61,618 bases of DNA, filler included, from Basidiobolus ranarum (GCA_040143965.1; 17 parts of 17 records of this genome joined end to end with filler, not necessarily neighbours in it), one strand, 5' to 3'; counted from the whole stretch's first letter, positions 11,280 through 25,480 are shown. Program-made: numbers and translations. The notes: generated by a model from the letters alone, not told the origin.

Positions 11280-12271
11280 ACCCATGCTTTACACCTGCAG
11301 TGAAATGATGCTCCATGTAAAATTGTCAGTATTACCATATGCTAATCTGATTAACAATGTATAAGCAAGTCAAGTGATGGATGTCATGTGATGGGTTAAG
11401 GAGACCCCAGTGTATATTAACCTTCAAACAAAGGGCTCTTTTTGATGTGCTCACTGGTTTTTGCATTGTTTGAGCACAATAACAGCAACAAAGCCCAATC
11501 AATGGACACAGAGTAAGTACATTTATAATTTGGATTTATTTGTTGTTTTAAAAATCTGATAGTATTTATAGGAAAGCTGCAAGACAGACTTCTTGGTGAG
11601 ATAGCTTAAGATACACAGTATTATTGTTTTAGCCATAGGGTAATCTATTAAAGCAATGACACATCTTCCTGTGGCAGGACATCTGTTGACTGCAAGTTGG
11701 GGATATTTTGGCTGAATTCTTTGCAGAAATTTGCCAAAGTTCAAGAGCTTATTCTCATTGTGAATGGTAACAAGAGTCAGCTATTTGCCAAGTGTCAGTG
11801 GTATTCAAAAATTCAGATGTTGAGCAATTTTTCCACCATTAGTTTGCTGGTAAAGTATATAGATGTTGTTGAGTTATGTCCAATCAGTAAAGTATGTGCA
11901 TGTGTAGAGACTAAACACAACTGGACTCTTGTAATTTTTGATTCTCATTATGGCTGGAATACAAAGCCAAAAATATCTAAGTAAAGGCATGTATACTAAT
12001 TTTGAATTTATACAGCAGTAAACCCAGTAATTTGCCATTAGAAAATAAGATTATTAGGAAAATTGCCAGAAATTAAATAAGGCATGCCAAATGTGAGGAT
12101 CAATAAATCAACATGTATAAATACCATCAATATACCATCAAGAAGCCATTGTTGTTCCATCAAAATCCCTGGCAGAATGCAAGCCACCAATATTGTGTTG
12201 GTTCTCTGGTGGTATTGTAATTCCTAAGGGTGGATCTGATCTGGATCAAATCAATTTCATTTCTGCTAGCG
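11280..12271 (+). mobile_element. CMC/EnSpm-like DNA transposon 3' remnant
   Basis: Collinear with 26797-27594 plus 28638-28828. Ends in a degenerate terminal repeat TTCTGCTAGCG. Confidence 0.75.
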
Positions 12272-12278
12272 TACCTGG

Positions 12279-12720
12279 TCAATATGTAATCACAAAGCCA
12301 AAACTGGCAAGAGATAATGACCATGTTGCTTGATGGCAGTTGGAAACTATTGTTGTACTAAAATCCCAAAGTTTCTTATGATCACAATAAACTGTGATTT
12401 TGTGATTTGCTCCATCTCTGTATTGACACCATTGTTCAAATGCAGCAATGATTGCTAGTAGTTCCTTGTCATAGATGTCATAGTTGATTTCTGTTGCAGA
12501 GAACTTTCTTGAGTAAAAGGCAACAAGGTGCTGTAAGTTGTCTTCACCATACTGTGATGATACTGCCCCAAGAGCAAAGTCAGATGCATCAGGTCCAACA
12601 ATAAATGGCTTTTCTAGCTTGGGGTGTGTCAGGTTTTGTGCTGAGATAAAAGCATTCTTCAAAGTTACAATTGCTTGTTGGCAAGATGGATTCCAGTTAA
12701 ATGGGATTACTATATTATGT
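12279..12720 (-). mobile_element. Ty3/gypsy RT-RNase H fragment
   Basis: PFIVGPDASDFALGAV..VAFYSRKFSATEINYDIYDKELLAIIAAF..W..ITVYCDHK. Confidence 0.9.
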
Positions 12721-13109
12721 TCTTCCCAGGTAACTGCATGGTCAACACCTGAATCATCATTCTTTCAGCTATCTGGTACACAATTAGATGGGTAAGAAAA
12801 CTTATTATTTATCCTTGGTAGGACTTGCTCTCAAACTTTAAGGTTAGATGTTCCAGTTTCTTGCTAATGTTGGATATTTCTACCTCAACATCAACTATTC
12901 TGATATCAGTTAAAGCTTCTTCTGGTCTTGGTGGCTGTTGCTCCCTTCTCCACTGGAGCTTCTTCATAAGTGCTGTGCTCTCATGACTTGCTAGGAGGAC
13001 TTTCATCACACTAGAAAGAAGGAGAATGTCTGAGTTTGATTGTAGGTAGTTTCCTGATCTACTTTGGTCAGTAGATGTTGAGATGTAGCATTCAGTAGGT
13101 AAATAGTAA

Positions 13110-13339
13110 CCCTAACATAAGTTTGAGGATTGTTATTTTAGGAAAACAATCACAATTTTGATCCATTTGGGTTTAACTGTTTACTTACCATCATAAAATT
13201 GTCAAGCTAGATTTGATTTTGATCAATTTTTTCAGTTTCAGGAGTGAAATTTCAAGATCTCCCAGAATAGTTGTGCATGATTGGCTACAATATCAGAGAA
13301 CTATGGATCAACACATGTGCAAAAGATATAACTCAAATT
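13110..13339 (+). mobile_element. Left end of the CMC-like transposon (CCCTAACA terminus)
   Basis: About 230 nt highly similar to 57769-57998 and 49729-49822. All three begin CCCTAACA, the reverse complement of TGTTAGGG at 28821-28828. Confidence 0.75.
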
Positions 13340-14368
13340 TTACACAATTATCACCTGAACACTAATTTGTCACCTTCAAAATCCCTAGTATCTTTGATAT
13401 ATTCTCCCGAATATTTTTATATAGTTCTTCATACCCAAAGTTTAGCTGATACCCAACACAAGTTTGTATCAATATCTCCATCAAAGCCCACCATTGTATT
13501 AATGTTGATGAATTAACATTCTTCCAGCTATCTGGCAGATACCTTGCAATATTATGCCACTCTGTATTAAGTTCTTCCAGATATCTGCATGGTCAACACC
13601 AGACTTGTTGTCAATTTGAATATTCTTCTTTGGAAGCAACTTTCTGCATACTTGCACTGCATTTTTCCATTCACAATTTTAAAAGTACTCTTCAACCACA
13701 TTTTCTCTTTTATATGAATTTATGGTGTGTGCTTTGCATTACTTAGATGGCTTTTTGCTTGGCTTTAACTTTGGTGCTAATTTTGACACTTTGAAATGTA
13801 CCATTTGAGGTTAGGAAGATGTGAGTTCTATTTGATGATGTTTTAGCTTGTTGAAAGGTGCCAGTTGTTAGGTATACTTGGACTCTTGCACTTTTCCAAC
13901 TGGTGTACTAGATTGCTTAGTAAAATTATGAGTTTTTGAAAGTGTGTCTGCTGGTATATCTGAATATGGAAATACAGATCTTTATAATGGTGGGAAGAGT
14001 TGAGTAAATAGCACAGTGGATCCTAAGCTAATTGGCTCCTTTGCTTTTTACTTAACTCCTTGTTCTGATAGAATCTAAATCAAGAGAGTACAAGATACCT
14101 GCACAAACCTCCAAGCTTACTGGTGGCAGGAGGGTCACCTATACATAAAGTTGTATTAGTTTCAAAAAGTTTCACCCATCTAAACCCCATTGGACAACTG
14201 TTCACATTTTGCAACTATCGGTTCAAAGAAGCTATATATAAGAACTTGTGATTAAGTTCCAGATACAATCAATAGTACCAAAAATTTGTTACTCTTAAGC
14301 CACCTCAAAAGAGTAGTACTTTAGTTATTAGAAATTATTAGCCAGCTAGCCTTTCCAACTATATTTTC

Positions 14369-14476
14369 TGTTGGATAATTAATCTTTATTCAACATCATA
14401 GTTAACTTTAGTTATGATACATATATCAGAAACAGAAAGCAACGTATCTATAGCCCCTATATTCTAAATAGGAATA
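14369..14476. mobile_element. LTR fragment of the same family as 54977-55293
   Basis: Starts TGTTGG and is near-identical to 54983-55084. Cut by the contig end. Confidence 0.7.
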
Positions 14477-16752
14477 NNNNNNNNNNNNNNNNNNNNNNNN
14501 NNNNNNNNNNNNNNNNNNNNTTAATTAATTAANNNNNNNNNNNNNNNNNNNNNNNNNNNNNNNNNNNNNNNNNNNNCTACCTCCCTCCAACTCGCTTACC
14601 CACGGAAAGCATATTTATGAACCGAACATTCAATTAGTACCTACTAAATCTAGTAAACCATGCTCTTCGGTAAACAGAAGCATCCACAGGGTGTACAATA
14701 CAAATATCGTAGATTTGCCAAAAGGGGCAATAGGGGCCAAAAGAGAAATAGATATCAAATGATTTATTCTGATACACTTGATTTATCATTCCATAGCAGC
14801 TTTTCTTTTCCGTATATTTTCCTTATTACAGTCTGGAACTAGTGTTAGTAAATATTATGGCTAATCTTCTTCCGCTTATTAACAAGCTTTTGATGAAATG
14901 TTCTTGGAATATGATTGCCCGATCAACTAACATATTAAGTAATGCATCATGATCATGAAGTAAGGACTTTTATGTGTTTTAATATCCGTGATGTAAATAT
15001 AGCCGTACATATTGGGCTGACTTATCTATCATTCTATAAAGGGATGTAGTGTGGATCCATAACGGGGTGTAATGGGGAGGGCAATGAAAACATTTGTACT
15101 GGTTTCTGGATTGAATAGATAGCGCAGTAAACTTTGAAGTGCTAAATTTATTCAAATAATCTCCGAGTCTTACTTGTGAGTTTTTGGGAGGTATTGGAAA
15201 TCATTCGAAGAACCAGACAATTATATGATTTTCATTTAATTATTAAGTAAAGGTATAAAGCCTTGGCAATAACTGTTGAAGCATGTGGGAGTTGTTGGAA
15301 GCTGTTAGGAGAACTAGAAGAATTAGTGCTTTTCGCTAATTGTCCTATCTTGTAGAAAGTTGTCATTTATCATTTTGGCACAGAGTAAACAAAAAAACAT
15401 GTCAATATGTTAAGACAGAACCCAACTGTCTAAACGCCCACACAGTCATATATGTTAAAGCTTTTTGGGAGCCTGTTGGAAGTAGTTTAGAGAAATAGAG
15501 AAATTGATGGTTTTCACTTAGTGATGAAATTGAATTGAAAGTGGCCATTTATAGTTTTATCTATATACCTTAGTAAGGGTTAGCACTGAGAAGTTCATAA
15601 AAACTTTGAATAGTCTCATGAAAAAACTGTTTGTACAAAAAACTTGCAATTTTTATCAAAGTATGTCTCATTTTATTATGCTGTTTGAAATACTTAGGCA
15701 TTTTGTAAGATTTAATACCCATATGTGCTTAATTATGATATATGTTCAGTTTTTAGCCATATGTATTTAAAATATTTGCAATTGGAAATAAACATGGTGT
15801 TGCTGTATAAAGCTGGCCATAGGCATTATATTGTCCTCTAACACTGGTTGTAATGATGGTATTGTTTGTAACACAGGCTACTGTGAATTACTAACTGTAT
15901 CAGATATGCTTCATTATGTCTCAGGCTCTATACACTAGCTATTTGATCTCAGAATATAATAATAAACAAAGGGATAGAGTTCAAAACTAGGAGTTCTGAT
16001 AAAGACCATGTTTCTAGTTAGAAATTACCATATATCAATGTCCTTTAGTCAGTAACCTGTATCTTTGTTCCCTTGTTATTTGGCAACTCCGCAATTAAAT
16101 CCTTTTTCCCCTTCTACCATCTCACAGCCTTCAGTGAGGGTAAACAATGGCTTTACCTAGCACTTTACCAGTGCCACACCTCACTTCATCAGACTGACAG
16201 GGGCTATTAATGAATTCTTCCAATATTCTCATGTCTTCCTTGCATCAGCCTTCATACCTTCAGGAATGCTCTTCCAATTAGCTGACTAACTGTTGCTACA
16301 AGCTTTAGTTTTCTATGTAACTCAATGTGTGCTGGGTTTGTGTGAGTCCATCATTATAGACACAATATAGACACAAACATCCTATTTAAGCCCCTAAATC
16401 ATCATTTGATTGGACTAAGATTACTTTATATGTTCACTTGTTACCTTCCTCATAGTATATGTCACTGACCCAATCCTTGAAGAGCCATCATAAAAGGGGT
16501 TAACCTTGAATATTCAAAAATTCTAGCTATGACTACTCTCTATGGAGATTCATAATTATGCACAATGAGCCAATTAATCATAAAGCATATTCCAGTGAAC
16601 TTAATGCTTCAATACTAAATGCTTCAATAATCCAAACCTTGAGGATCATTCATACTTGACACACTAAATATATTCGTATATTAGTTAAATTTATTTCTTC
16701 TAGATCTTGCAACATGACCCATAAATATCATTATAGAGTATACACAAGTTCT

Positions 16753-17256
16753 CTATTTATCACAGTCCTCACCTCCATTGCCTTTTCCACCATTTCCAGC
16801 ATCATACGCACCAGCTCCATTACCGCCATTACCATTACCGTTATCACCACCGCTTCTATCTTCGTTGCCGTTTCCACCCTTTCCGACATCATAAGCACCA
16901 GCTTCATTACCGTTATCACCACCATTTCCGGCACCGCCATTACCATTTCCACCATTCCGGCCATTACCGCTTTCAGCTCCGTTGCCGCCGTTGCCATCGC
17001 CATTGCCATTATCACCTCCATTTCCAGCATCGCCATTACCGTTACCATTTCCACCCTTTCCAGCTTTGTAAGCGCTGGCTGCATTGCCACCATTTCCATT
17101 GCTGTTATCACCACCATTATCAGCCCCGTCGTTAAAGAGGTCTTTAACGTCATATGCCCCATTGTCTCTTGCTTGTAGCCTTGAGTTTAGTGCAGCAGCG
17201 TTAATGGCACCAAGTCCAGAGAGAAGGCATAATAACTGGGGAGCAGAAAATTTCAT
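16753..17256 (-). CDS. Secreted Gly/Asn-rich repetitive protein (167 aa)
   Basis: ATG at 17256. Signal-peptide-like MKFSAPQLLCLLSGLGAINA, pro-region ending QAR, then GNG/GGDNG repeats punctuated by AYD/AYK motifs. Confidence 0.8.
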   Translation of the reverse strand: MKFSAPQLLCLLSGLGAINAAALNSRLQARDNGAYDVKDLFNDGADNGGDNSNGNGGNAASAYKAGKGGNGNGNGDAGNGGDNGNGDGNGGNGAESGNGRNGGNGNGGAGNGGDNGNEAGAYDVGKGGNGNEDRSGGDNGNGNGGNGAGAYDAGNGGKGNGGEDCDK

Positions 17257-18386
17257 TGTTAAGTGTATCAATTTTGTTAATAATTTAAAGTTGTTGCTAT
17301 GAAATGTAAACAAGATATTTGAGTAATATTCTTTAGTACACTGTAATTGTCTTTTATAGTACTGTATCCTAAGTATTTATTTACCCCTTCTACTCCTTGA
17401 TCCCAATTTCATATCTTGTATTCAGCACACAAATCGGTGCAGTTACTTTCTTCCCACCTCATACCCCACACTCCATTCTCTATCGAGTTTAAATGTGTTT
17501 CTTGATGGTAAACACTTCTAATTTGTTTAGATGGCTTTGATGTATATTTATTATACATTGAGCTTTCTGTGTACTGCAATGAGTTTGTCAATTGTAAGCA
17601 GGGGTTGTAGTTTATAAATTCCACTTAACATCAATATAGTAAATGTAGAATTAGTAATTGTATTCATGACATGTTGAGAACTGTCAACTGTTGTAATTTA
17701 GTGTGTTTTCAACGTAATAATCAACAATCTAATACTCGGTAAAACTTAGCAAAAGTCTTTATTAGATCTCATGCTAGGACTTGTACAAACTGGGCGGTAA
17801 TTCTATTGATAACACGATCTGGTATATTTACTAAATATTGAAATATTTGTTGAAATCTTTGTTACCCGTTACCAGTTTTCCCATTTACCCACTGATATAT
17901 ACGCCAAAGCAAGTAGTCTATTCAAGATCAGTCCTATAATTAGAAGCGTGGGTACTTTATCATCAGATCATTGGCTGTGGATTCGGAAATGAATGGTCCA
18001 AAATGTGACTTGCTTAATGATTTTGCTGATATGAAGTTTATATCAAAATACGATATGGCATGCACAATTATAATATTTCGATTTACAAATATACTATACT
18101 CTAACCATGTTNNNNNNNNNNNNNNNNNNNNNNNNNNNNNNNNNNNNNNNNNNNNTTAATTAATTAANNNNNNNNNNNNNNNNNNNNNNNNNNNNNNNNN
18201 NNNNNNNNNNNTAATGAGCCAAATATAGACTGACGAATCTTTGTGCACTAACAAATCATCTTGAAATCCATGTTTAGATGGATAGACTTCCAAAACAATA
18301 ACTTTAAACCAGTCCAAGTGTATGCTACATACACCAAGCAAGATTATAATCAAAGTATAAAGTCCAGTATCCTACCAAATGGAGAC

Positions 18387-20888
18387 TGTTGAAGTTTATT
18401 ATCTGTATCATATTTGTTATCACTATCTTTATAAACCCAACTAATTCATATATCACATAGAAGTTAGTTAAAAATACTTAGTTCAATATCACTTAGCTGC
18501 AAATTGGAACATCTATTTTATATGCATATGTGAATGATGTGAAAATTAGCAATTCCATATTGGAAATCTCAAACTCATCCAAATTGCCCCAAAAATAGCT
18601 CATTTTACTCCCACAGATGTTCTGAGCACAACCCTGGTGCTAGTTTTCTGTATTTCCATCAAGATGTATAAGTGCTTCATCTCTGGACAATAAATAATTA
18701 TCTCACAAAAGCTATTCACAACTCAACTTTTCTAAAGTTCCTCTTAACAGCCTATATTTTCCCAATAAGTTATGAGCCCCATGTTCTAACCTTTACAGCA
18801 TGACAGAAGCCACTACTACCACTTTAATTACCTCAAGTATTGAAAAGCCTGATGGAGGGAATGACAATTGTTGGAAGTTCAATAGCAAGTCCTTCTGGAA
18901 GACAGGAAGCTTTGGGATGTAGTCTCTGGAGATGAAAAGGAACCTTCTTACCCTTCTTTATTGGAAGCTCACAAACAAAGAGACAAGAAGGCCTTTAATG
19001 TCATTCGTCAATGTTTAAAGGATTCACAACTTGTGAATATTCAATATGCAAAGACTGCCCATCAAGCAATATTGGAAGAGTCTTATGATGCAAAGAGTCT
19101 TGCAAATTGACCCTTTCTCAAACAAACATTTTTCAATATAATGATGGAAAAGTCTGACAGTATGGTATGCATATTGCAAATGTGAGTTCTTTGGCAAAAC
19201 AACAGGAAAATATTGGTGCAACTTTACAAGAAAAAGATGTCATTATGACTCTTCTAAATAGTCTACAGAACAGTATTAAAACTTGGTCACAGCTTAGGAA
19301 GCAAGATATGACAAGTTATCTTTGGAGTTTGTGGTGGCAAGACTAATAGAACAACACCTTAGAAGTAAGAATCTGGAAAAAGAATCCGAGGAAATGGCTC
19401 TTTTTGGAGCAGGAAAATGCTGCTTTGGCAAGCACAAAGGTTGCAGAAGAAGGAAACCAGGTGTATGTTATAGTTGTGATGGTTGAAATTAGCAGTGCCT
19501 AAACATTTATATAGTCATATATAGCTTAGTACTTAGTTATCTTATAATTTGCTAAGATATCATCCATTATTCTGAATCAAAATTTATGCAGGATATTTTT
19601 ACCAACTTTGAAGTTTTCACATATATAGAGTTTTTTCAAACTTGTACTAGAAGCCCCAAACTTTGCACACATGTTCCTGGGACCTTCCTAATGCATTCTA
19701 CATGTTAGTCTAATTATATCTAGACAAAACTATAAGTGCCAATTTTCCACTTATAAATCAGTAAGTGAAAACCACCAATTCCTGTAATTCTCCAAGCTAC
19801 TTCAAACAAGCTCCCAAATACTTTAACAGTAACAAACCAGGGCACCAGTTAAAAGACTTTAAATCATTAAATTACAACAAAAATGTGAAGTCAGAAAAAG
19901 CAAATCAGGTTTTAACCAAAGAGAAAGTTTTATTGACTTCTGCTCTATCAGTGACCTCTGAACAAGACTGTAGGATATGATATATTATTTCTGCAGCCTC
20001 TCAACATTTCTCTAATCAAAAAAACTGGTTTAATATACTCAAAACTGACATAAACAAGTAGATTTATATGGGAGATGACTGGCTACTATGAGCTCTGGTG
20101 GTGAGAGAAATTGAAGTGGCTCCTGGGGGCACCTCTGGGGACATGTAATTGACACTGAAAAATGTGCCATATATGCCTGGGATAGCAAAAAAATTGTTAT
20201 TAGTTAGTAAAGCTACATATGAGAGATATAGCTTTAATTTTGATCAAAATGGCTGTACAATCAGGGATCAAAAAGGGAATTAAGTAGCTTCTCAAGCTAA
20301 GCAAAAATAACTTGCATAAACCTCATGATATTGGGACAATATATGAACAAGTTGGTACTGCCACAGCTGAAGAGATAGGATGGAAAATCTGGCATAGGAG
20401 ATGGGGTCATATAGCAGCTGAAAATATAAGAAATTTAATTCAACGCAAGATGGTCTTGGGAATACATTTATAATTCCACTGGATCTGGAGCTATATGAAG
20501 GCAGCCTATATGCTAGGCAATACAGACAGCCATTTTTGGGCTCTGCAGTGAGCAAAATTGATCAAATGTTGGGCCTGATACACTTAGAGCTATGTGGCCC
20601 TATGCAGACAAAATCCTTAGATGGAAAAAGGAATTTTACAACCCTAATTGATGATAAGACAAAGTATCCTTGTGTGTACTTTTGGCCAGTAAGGATGAAG
20701 CCTTGGTCATCTTCAAAAAATTTAAAGCAATGGTGGAAACTGAAATAGGTCCAAAGATTAAGATTATCTGTACCAATAATGGAGGGGTATATGTAACTCA
20801 AAGCTCTTCTCTAACTTCCACTGAACACATAGGATAATACAGCAGACTAGAGTGCCATATTCCCCACAGTAGAATGGAGTAGTAAAAC
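18387..20888 (+). mobile_element. Decayed Ty1/copia element: 5' LTR 18387-18767, PBS, gag-protease-integrase
   Basis: LTR TGTTG...CCCAATA, PBS-like AGTTATGAGCCC at 18768, zinc knuckle CYSC.KPGH split by a solo LTR, integrase LIHLELCGPMQTKSLDGKRNF. Many stops. Confidence 0.85.
19481..19828 (+). mobile_element. Solo copia LTR (family A) inserted in a gag zinc knuckle
   Basis: GGTTGAAATTAGC...TTTAACA, homologous to 22774-23095, 43720-44057 and 47399-47747. Flanks GTGAT/GTAAC may be a decayed TSD. Confidence 0.8.
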
Positions 20889-21746
20889 CATTGGGAAAAT
20901 ATGGGCTGTTTGAAGGAACTTTAGAAAAGAGGAGTTGTGAATAGCTTTTGTGAGATAATTAGTTATTGTCCTGAAATGAAGCATATATACATTTTGGTGG
21001 AAATATAGAAAACTAAAACTGGGGTTGTGCTCACAACATCTGTGGGAGTAAAATGACCTATCTTTGGGGCAATTTGGATGAGTTTGAAATTTCCAATATT
21101 GAATTGCTAATTCTCACATTGTTAACTTATAAATATGATATATGTGCCAATTTGCAGTTAAGTGATATTTGACTAAGTAATCTAAACTAACTTAAATATG
21201 ATATATGAGTTAGTTAGGTGTATAAAGATAGAGATAACAAATATGATAAAGAGAAAAACTTCAACACTCTACTTAACTCAATATCCATATATCTTAATCC
21301 TAACTTAAATCATAATTCTTCAAATTTTGGCTTGGGTATGGTTTGGTAAGGATGTCATCAATCATGTCCCCAGTTGAACAGTACTGTAATTGGATGTGCT
21401 TATTCTTAACAGCTTCCCTAACAAAGTGATGTTGAATTTCCATGTGCTTACTTCTAGCATGAAACTTGAGATTTTTATCTAACAAAATATAAGTTTAATT
21501 ATCCTTGAAAGTTATGGTGGGTGAACTTTGAAAATGCTCAAGTATTTGAACAGTTTTCTTAACCACATACCTTCCTTTGTTATATGTGATGCTGCCATGT
21601 ACTCTGCTTCAGTTGTGGAAAGTGCTACAGTGGTTTGTTTCTTGCTATTCCAAGATATGGCTGCCTCACTAAAGAGAAAGGTATATCCAGTGATAGCTTT
21701 TGTGTCCTCAATATCATGTTCCCAATCAGCATTACTAAGCCGAATT
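20889..21746 (-). mobile_element. 3' end of an oppositely oriented copia element: RNase H plus 3' LTR (20889-21266)
   Basis: ALSTTEAEYMAA and FHARSKHMEIQHHFVRE..YCSTGDMIDDILTK. The LTR is an inverted homologue of 18387-18767. Confidence 0.85.
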
Positions 21747-21846
21747 NNNNNNNNNNNNNNNNNNNNNNNNNNNNNNNNNNNNNNNNNNNNTTAATTAATT
21801 AANNNNNNNNNNNNNNNNNNNNNNNNNNNNNNNNNNNNNNNNNNNN

Positions 21847-22290
21847 CTTGGGTGTAGACCACAAGACAAGACAAGACTGGACAAGGAAGATACTTTGGCA
21901 AGAATCTTTATTGATAACTGGCGTTGATCAGACTGAGGTCTGATCAAGGAATACATGGGGCTTATATAGATATTGCAAGGTGAAACATAATATACTGAAT
22001 AGGGAATATACTGTGGCAAGTTTGAGAGTTGGGGTGTTAGGGACTACAAGGACCAATACAAAGAGGGATGATGTAAGGATGATGTAAGGATGATCAGGTG
22101 ACCTTCCATGGAAGGTCTTGGTGGAAATACACTATGTGTGGGATGACATGATTGGTTAGGTTTCATGGAATGTTCCAAAGAACATGACTTCCATATAAGG
22201 TAATCTGGATGAACTAACACCAGATTGCCAAGAAGGGATGGCATAGCAGATATGATGTCATAATCTAATAATAGAAGAGTTCTATTTGCA
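21847..22290. repeat. Unclassified dispersed repeat; inverted copy at about 48190-48610
   Basis: Reverse-complement similarity over about 430 nt, visible as matching shadow ORFs in the track. Confidence 0.7.
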
Positions 22291-22473
22291 GTGGATCAGT
22301 ATGCCAAGATCAGAATCATGACACAAACTCCTGAATATCTGAATCAGTTGACTTACTCCTCATCTATACAAGTCACCATATATCCTGAAGAATAAAGTAA
22401 CTAAAACACCATCATAAGTTGCCTCTAATGTACAATATCTACCTGTAGTATGTCAAGACTCTCCAGCAGCTTT

Positions 22474-23095
22474 TCATACCTTCTTGGCAGTATTAGCTCT
22501 TGAGCTTTGAATTAACAATTTGCCTTTGACATTGAAACAAATTGATTTAAAGACACTTTGTTCTTTTTTAACCTGGAGTAAAACTTTAGTTTCAGATAGT
22601 TGTACATTGCTTTTTTCTACAACAGTGTCCCAAAGTCCTTTTTCTTGTAGCAGCTTTTGCATGTTCATTTTCTAAACTTCATACATGGTTCCATCCATTT
22701 TTGAGGAGAGGAAAATGTTCCAGTTATTTGAGAAGTGGACATTATGGAGAGTGCAAGCTTGGGGCTCATAACCTGTTAAAGTTTTTTGGGAGTCTGTTGG
22801 AAGTTGTTTGAAGAATTAGAAAAATTGATAGTGTGCACTTATTGACATATTGAGTTTAAAGTTGAAATAAATAGTTTTGTCCAGATGTAAACAACCTAGC
22901 ATGTCAGATGTGTTAAGGAAGGTTGCAGGAACATTTGTTCAAAGCTTGGGGCTTCTTTGAAAAATCTATATATCTTCAATCTGCTAAGTAAATTCTTTGT
23001 GAGAATAATGGATGATTTTCTTAGTTCAATATAGGATAACTAAATACTAAGCTATATATGACTATATAGATGCTTAGGCAATGCTAATTTCAGCA
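22474..23095 (-). mobile_element. Copia 5' LTR (22774-23095), PBS and start of gag
   Basis: On the minus strand the LTR ends TTTAACA and is followed by GGTTATGAGCCC (22762-22773). Gag fragment LLQEKGLWDTVV. Confidence 0.85.
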
Positions 23096-24060
23096 TATGC
23101 ACATTAAATATTCATATGATATAAAAATAGAAGGTTTGCAAGAGAGGCTTTGCTATCCTTTCTCTTACAAACTTCCTATGCAATGTGTGCCATAGTCCCC
23201 TTGTCCTCTCAGCCAATATATCACAGGGCCTTCTGCTTTCTAGCAAGGGATACATTTCAAAGTTCCTGAAATTGTAGTTCTCTACAGTAGATTTTTTTAC
23301 ACTCGAATTCATATATATGGTTGTGGTGGCTTCAGTTGAAGAATTTTGGGAGTAATTTGGAGAACTAAAAGGATTGATAGTTTTCACTTACGGATTTATT
23401 GAATAGAAAGTTAACATTTATAGTCTCACGAACAGAAGTTTGTAATAATGTTCATTGTTAATGTATCATCCATTCTATTTCATGATTTACACTCGGGCAT
23501 TTTTGCACCTTCCAGTTTCTTTTCTTAATAACCCACTTGAACATATTTACCAGAAACTCTGAAGGAAATAATATTATTGCTAATTGACAAATAAGACATT
23601 TTGTTTTCATGTTTAGTCGTTACCAATAGTTGCCAGTTTTACTGAGTGCAAGTCAAAATTTCCACATTACCCAACTAGTAGGAAGAAAGGTTGACTTAAA
23701 AATCAAGTACAAGAATTTGATAAGAATATATACCGTAGTATTGCGCCTGATTGTATAAATCATTTCTTCGTAAATGATAATAATAGAGTCAATTTTCAAA
23801 GATCAATAAAAGAACAAAAATTTAACAAATCAGTAGAAAGTATGCTTATAATATATTAAAATCATCAAATCTGATGAAATTTAACCATTTGTTCTAGTCT
23901 GGACTGATGCGCGATTTAGCAACAGTAATCATATATTATACAACTTGAGTTTATTTTGAACTCTATCCATTGTAACTCTGCACCCTTATCAGCAAATGCC
24001 ACTGGAACACGAAAATCGGGAGAAAGAGAAGGAAAAAGAAGATCGCCCTTCAAAGCTACC

Positions 24061-25380
24061 ATGGGGGGTAACTCCAGAAACTTTACAACCGGGTACCATC
24101 AAGGTTTACTTTTTTAAATCCTCTGATTGAACCATATTATCACTTGACTCACAGTTCAGCCACCTATTCGATATTTTTTTCCTTTGGGTATTATTGGTAT
24201 ATGTAACGAAATAGCAAATTACAAAAGATAAGCTACAAGCTTTTAGTGTAGGGAACTATAAAAAAACCGCTTTTCAAAGACATAGAGAAGAATTGGAATT
24301 GAAGAAAAAGGTATCGAAGCACTTGTCTTACCTATCAATGTATATCCGCTAATACTATTGGGCTTAGAAAGAGACTGAAGACGCGGCCAAAGTTTACGCC
24401 GAGTTTGTCGCCTCTTTTGAGGAAGAACCAGACGTACCAAAAACTTTCGTAAAAGGAGGAACTCTAGCTCCCAAAGGTTCTACTCGAAACTAAATATGTC
24501 TATCAATTTTTTCATTTACCAACTCAAATCTTTGATCAAGATTCATACAACCAGTCATCTCAAAATGAGACGACGTCGAACGATGCTTTATTAAAACCTC
24601 AGATGTTCGTTTCCGCTAATCAAACTTCTGCGCCAAAACCAATCCCAAGATCTACAGCTTTTACCTCACCGGAGATCCAATACAACCGTGCACCAAGTCG
24701 TGAAGAATACCCAAATGATGTTTTAATATGCAAAAAGTTTATTTATATATAAAATAGCGCATTAACATTTATTCTTATATAGAGCACACCTCGGAGAGAG
24801 GAGAAAGGGAAAAAGAAGAGAAATCTTGATTCTTTTCTGGAAGAAATAAAAAAGTATGTGATTATGTCAACTATCAAATGATATGACATGTACGTTGACA
24901 GTTATAATCTACACATAGAGAGCAAGAGCAACCCGAAGAGCGTTTGCGCCAAAAACGGCACGTTAGTAGTAGCTCTGTAGTTCCTACTAAAAGAGGTACA
25001 TTTTTAAAAGATAATGGGACAAAATTTGTACTGACACCTGTTAAAGTTCACCCGGAAGAGCCTGGTGCCTCCTCGATTGCTGTAGAAGCTGGTATTTCAT
25101 CTCGAAATATCGCCTAGAAAATATAATGATACTAATTTGTATATCTACTATCTTGCTTCAGCATTTGAAGAGAAATCTGGCTCCCATGATACGGGAGATC
25201 CTGACACCACGAATTTATATATTGGAAATATATCTCCACAGGTTGAATCTTCACTTTTCAAATCTACTTGGAACTAACTCACTAATCGCTTTTTATGGTG
25301 AGCTAGGCTAACGAAGACACTTTGTGTAAGGAGTTTGGTCGGTTTGGGCCTATTGCTTGTGTTAAGATTATGTGGCCGCG
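24061..25380 (+). CDS. U2SURP: U2 snRNP-associated SURP motif-containing protein (SR140), 5' multi-exon part; start uncertain
   Basis: Exon translations: KDKLQAFSVG..KKTAFQRHREELELKKK / EDAAKVYAEFVASFE..KTFVKGG / KKKRNLDSFLEEIK / GSHDTGDPDTTNLYIGNISPQ / [20 protein letters not shown] (RRM). Separated by short GT-AG introns. Confidence 0.9.
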
Positions 25381-25480
25381 NNNNNNNNNNNNNNNNNNNN
25401 NNNNNNNNNNNNNNNNNNNNNNNNTTAATTAATTAANNNNNNNNNNNNNNNNNNNNNNNNNNNNNNNNNNNNNNNNNNNN

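Noticed and set aside
16714-17178. Hydrophobic Ile/Thr-rich (+) and Met/Val-rich (-) ORFs
   Set aside because: Alternative-frame shadows of the Gly/Asn repeat gene.
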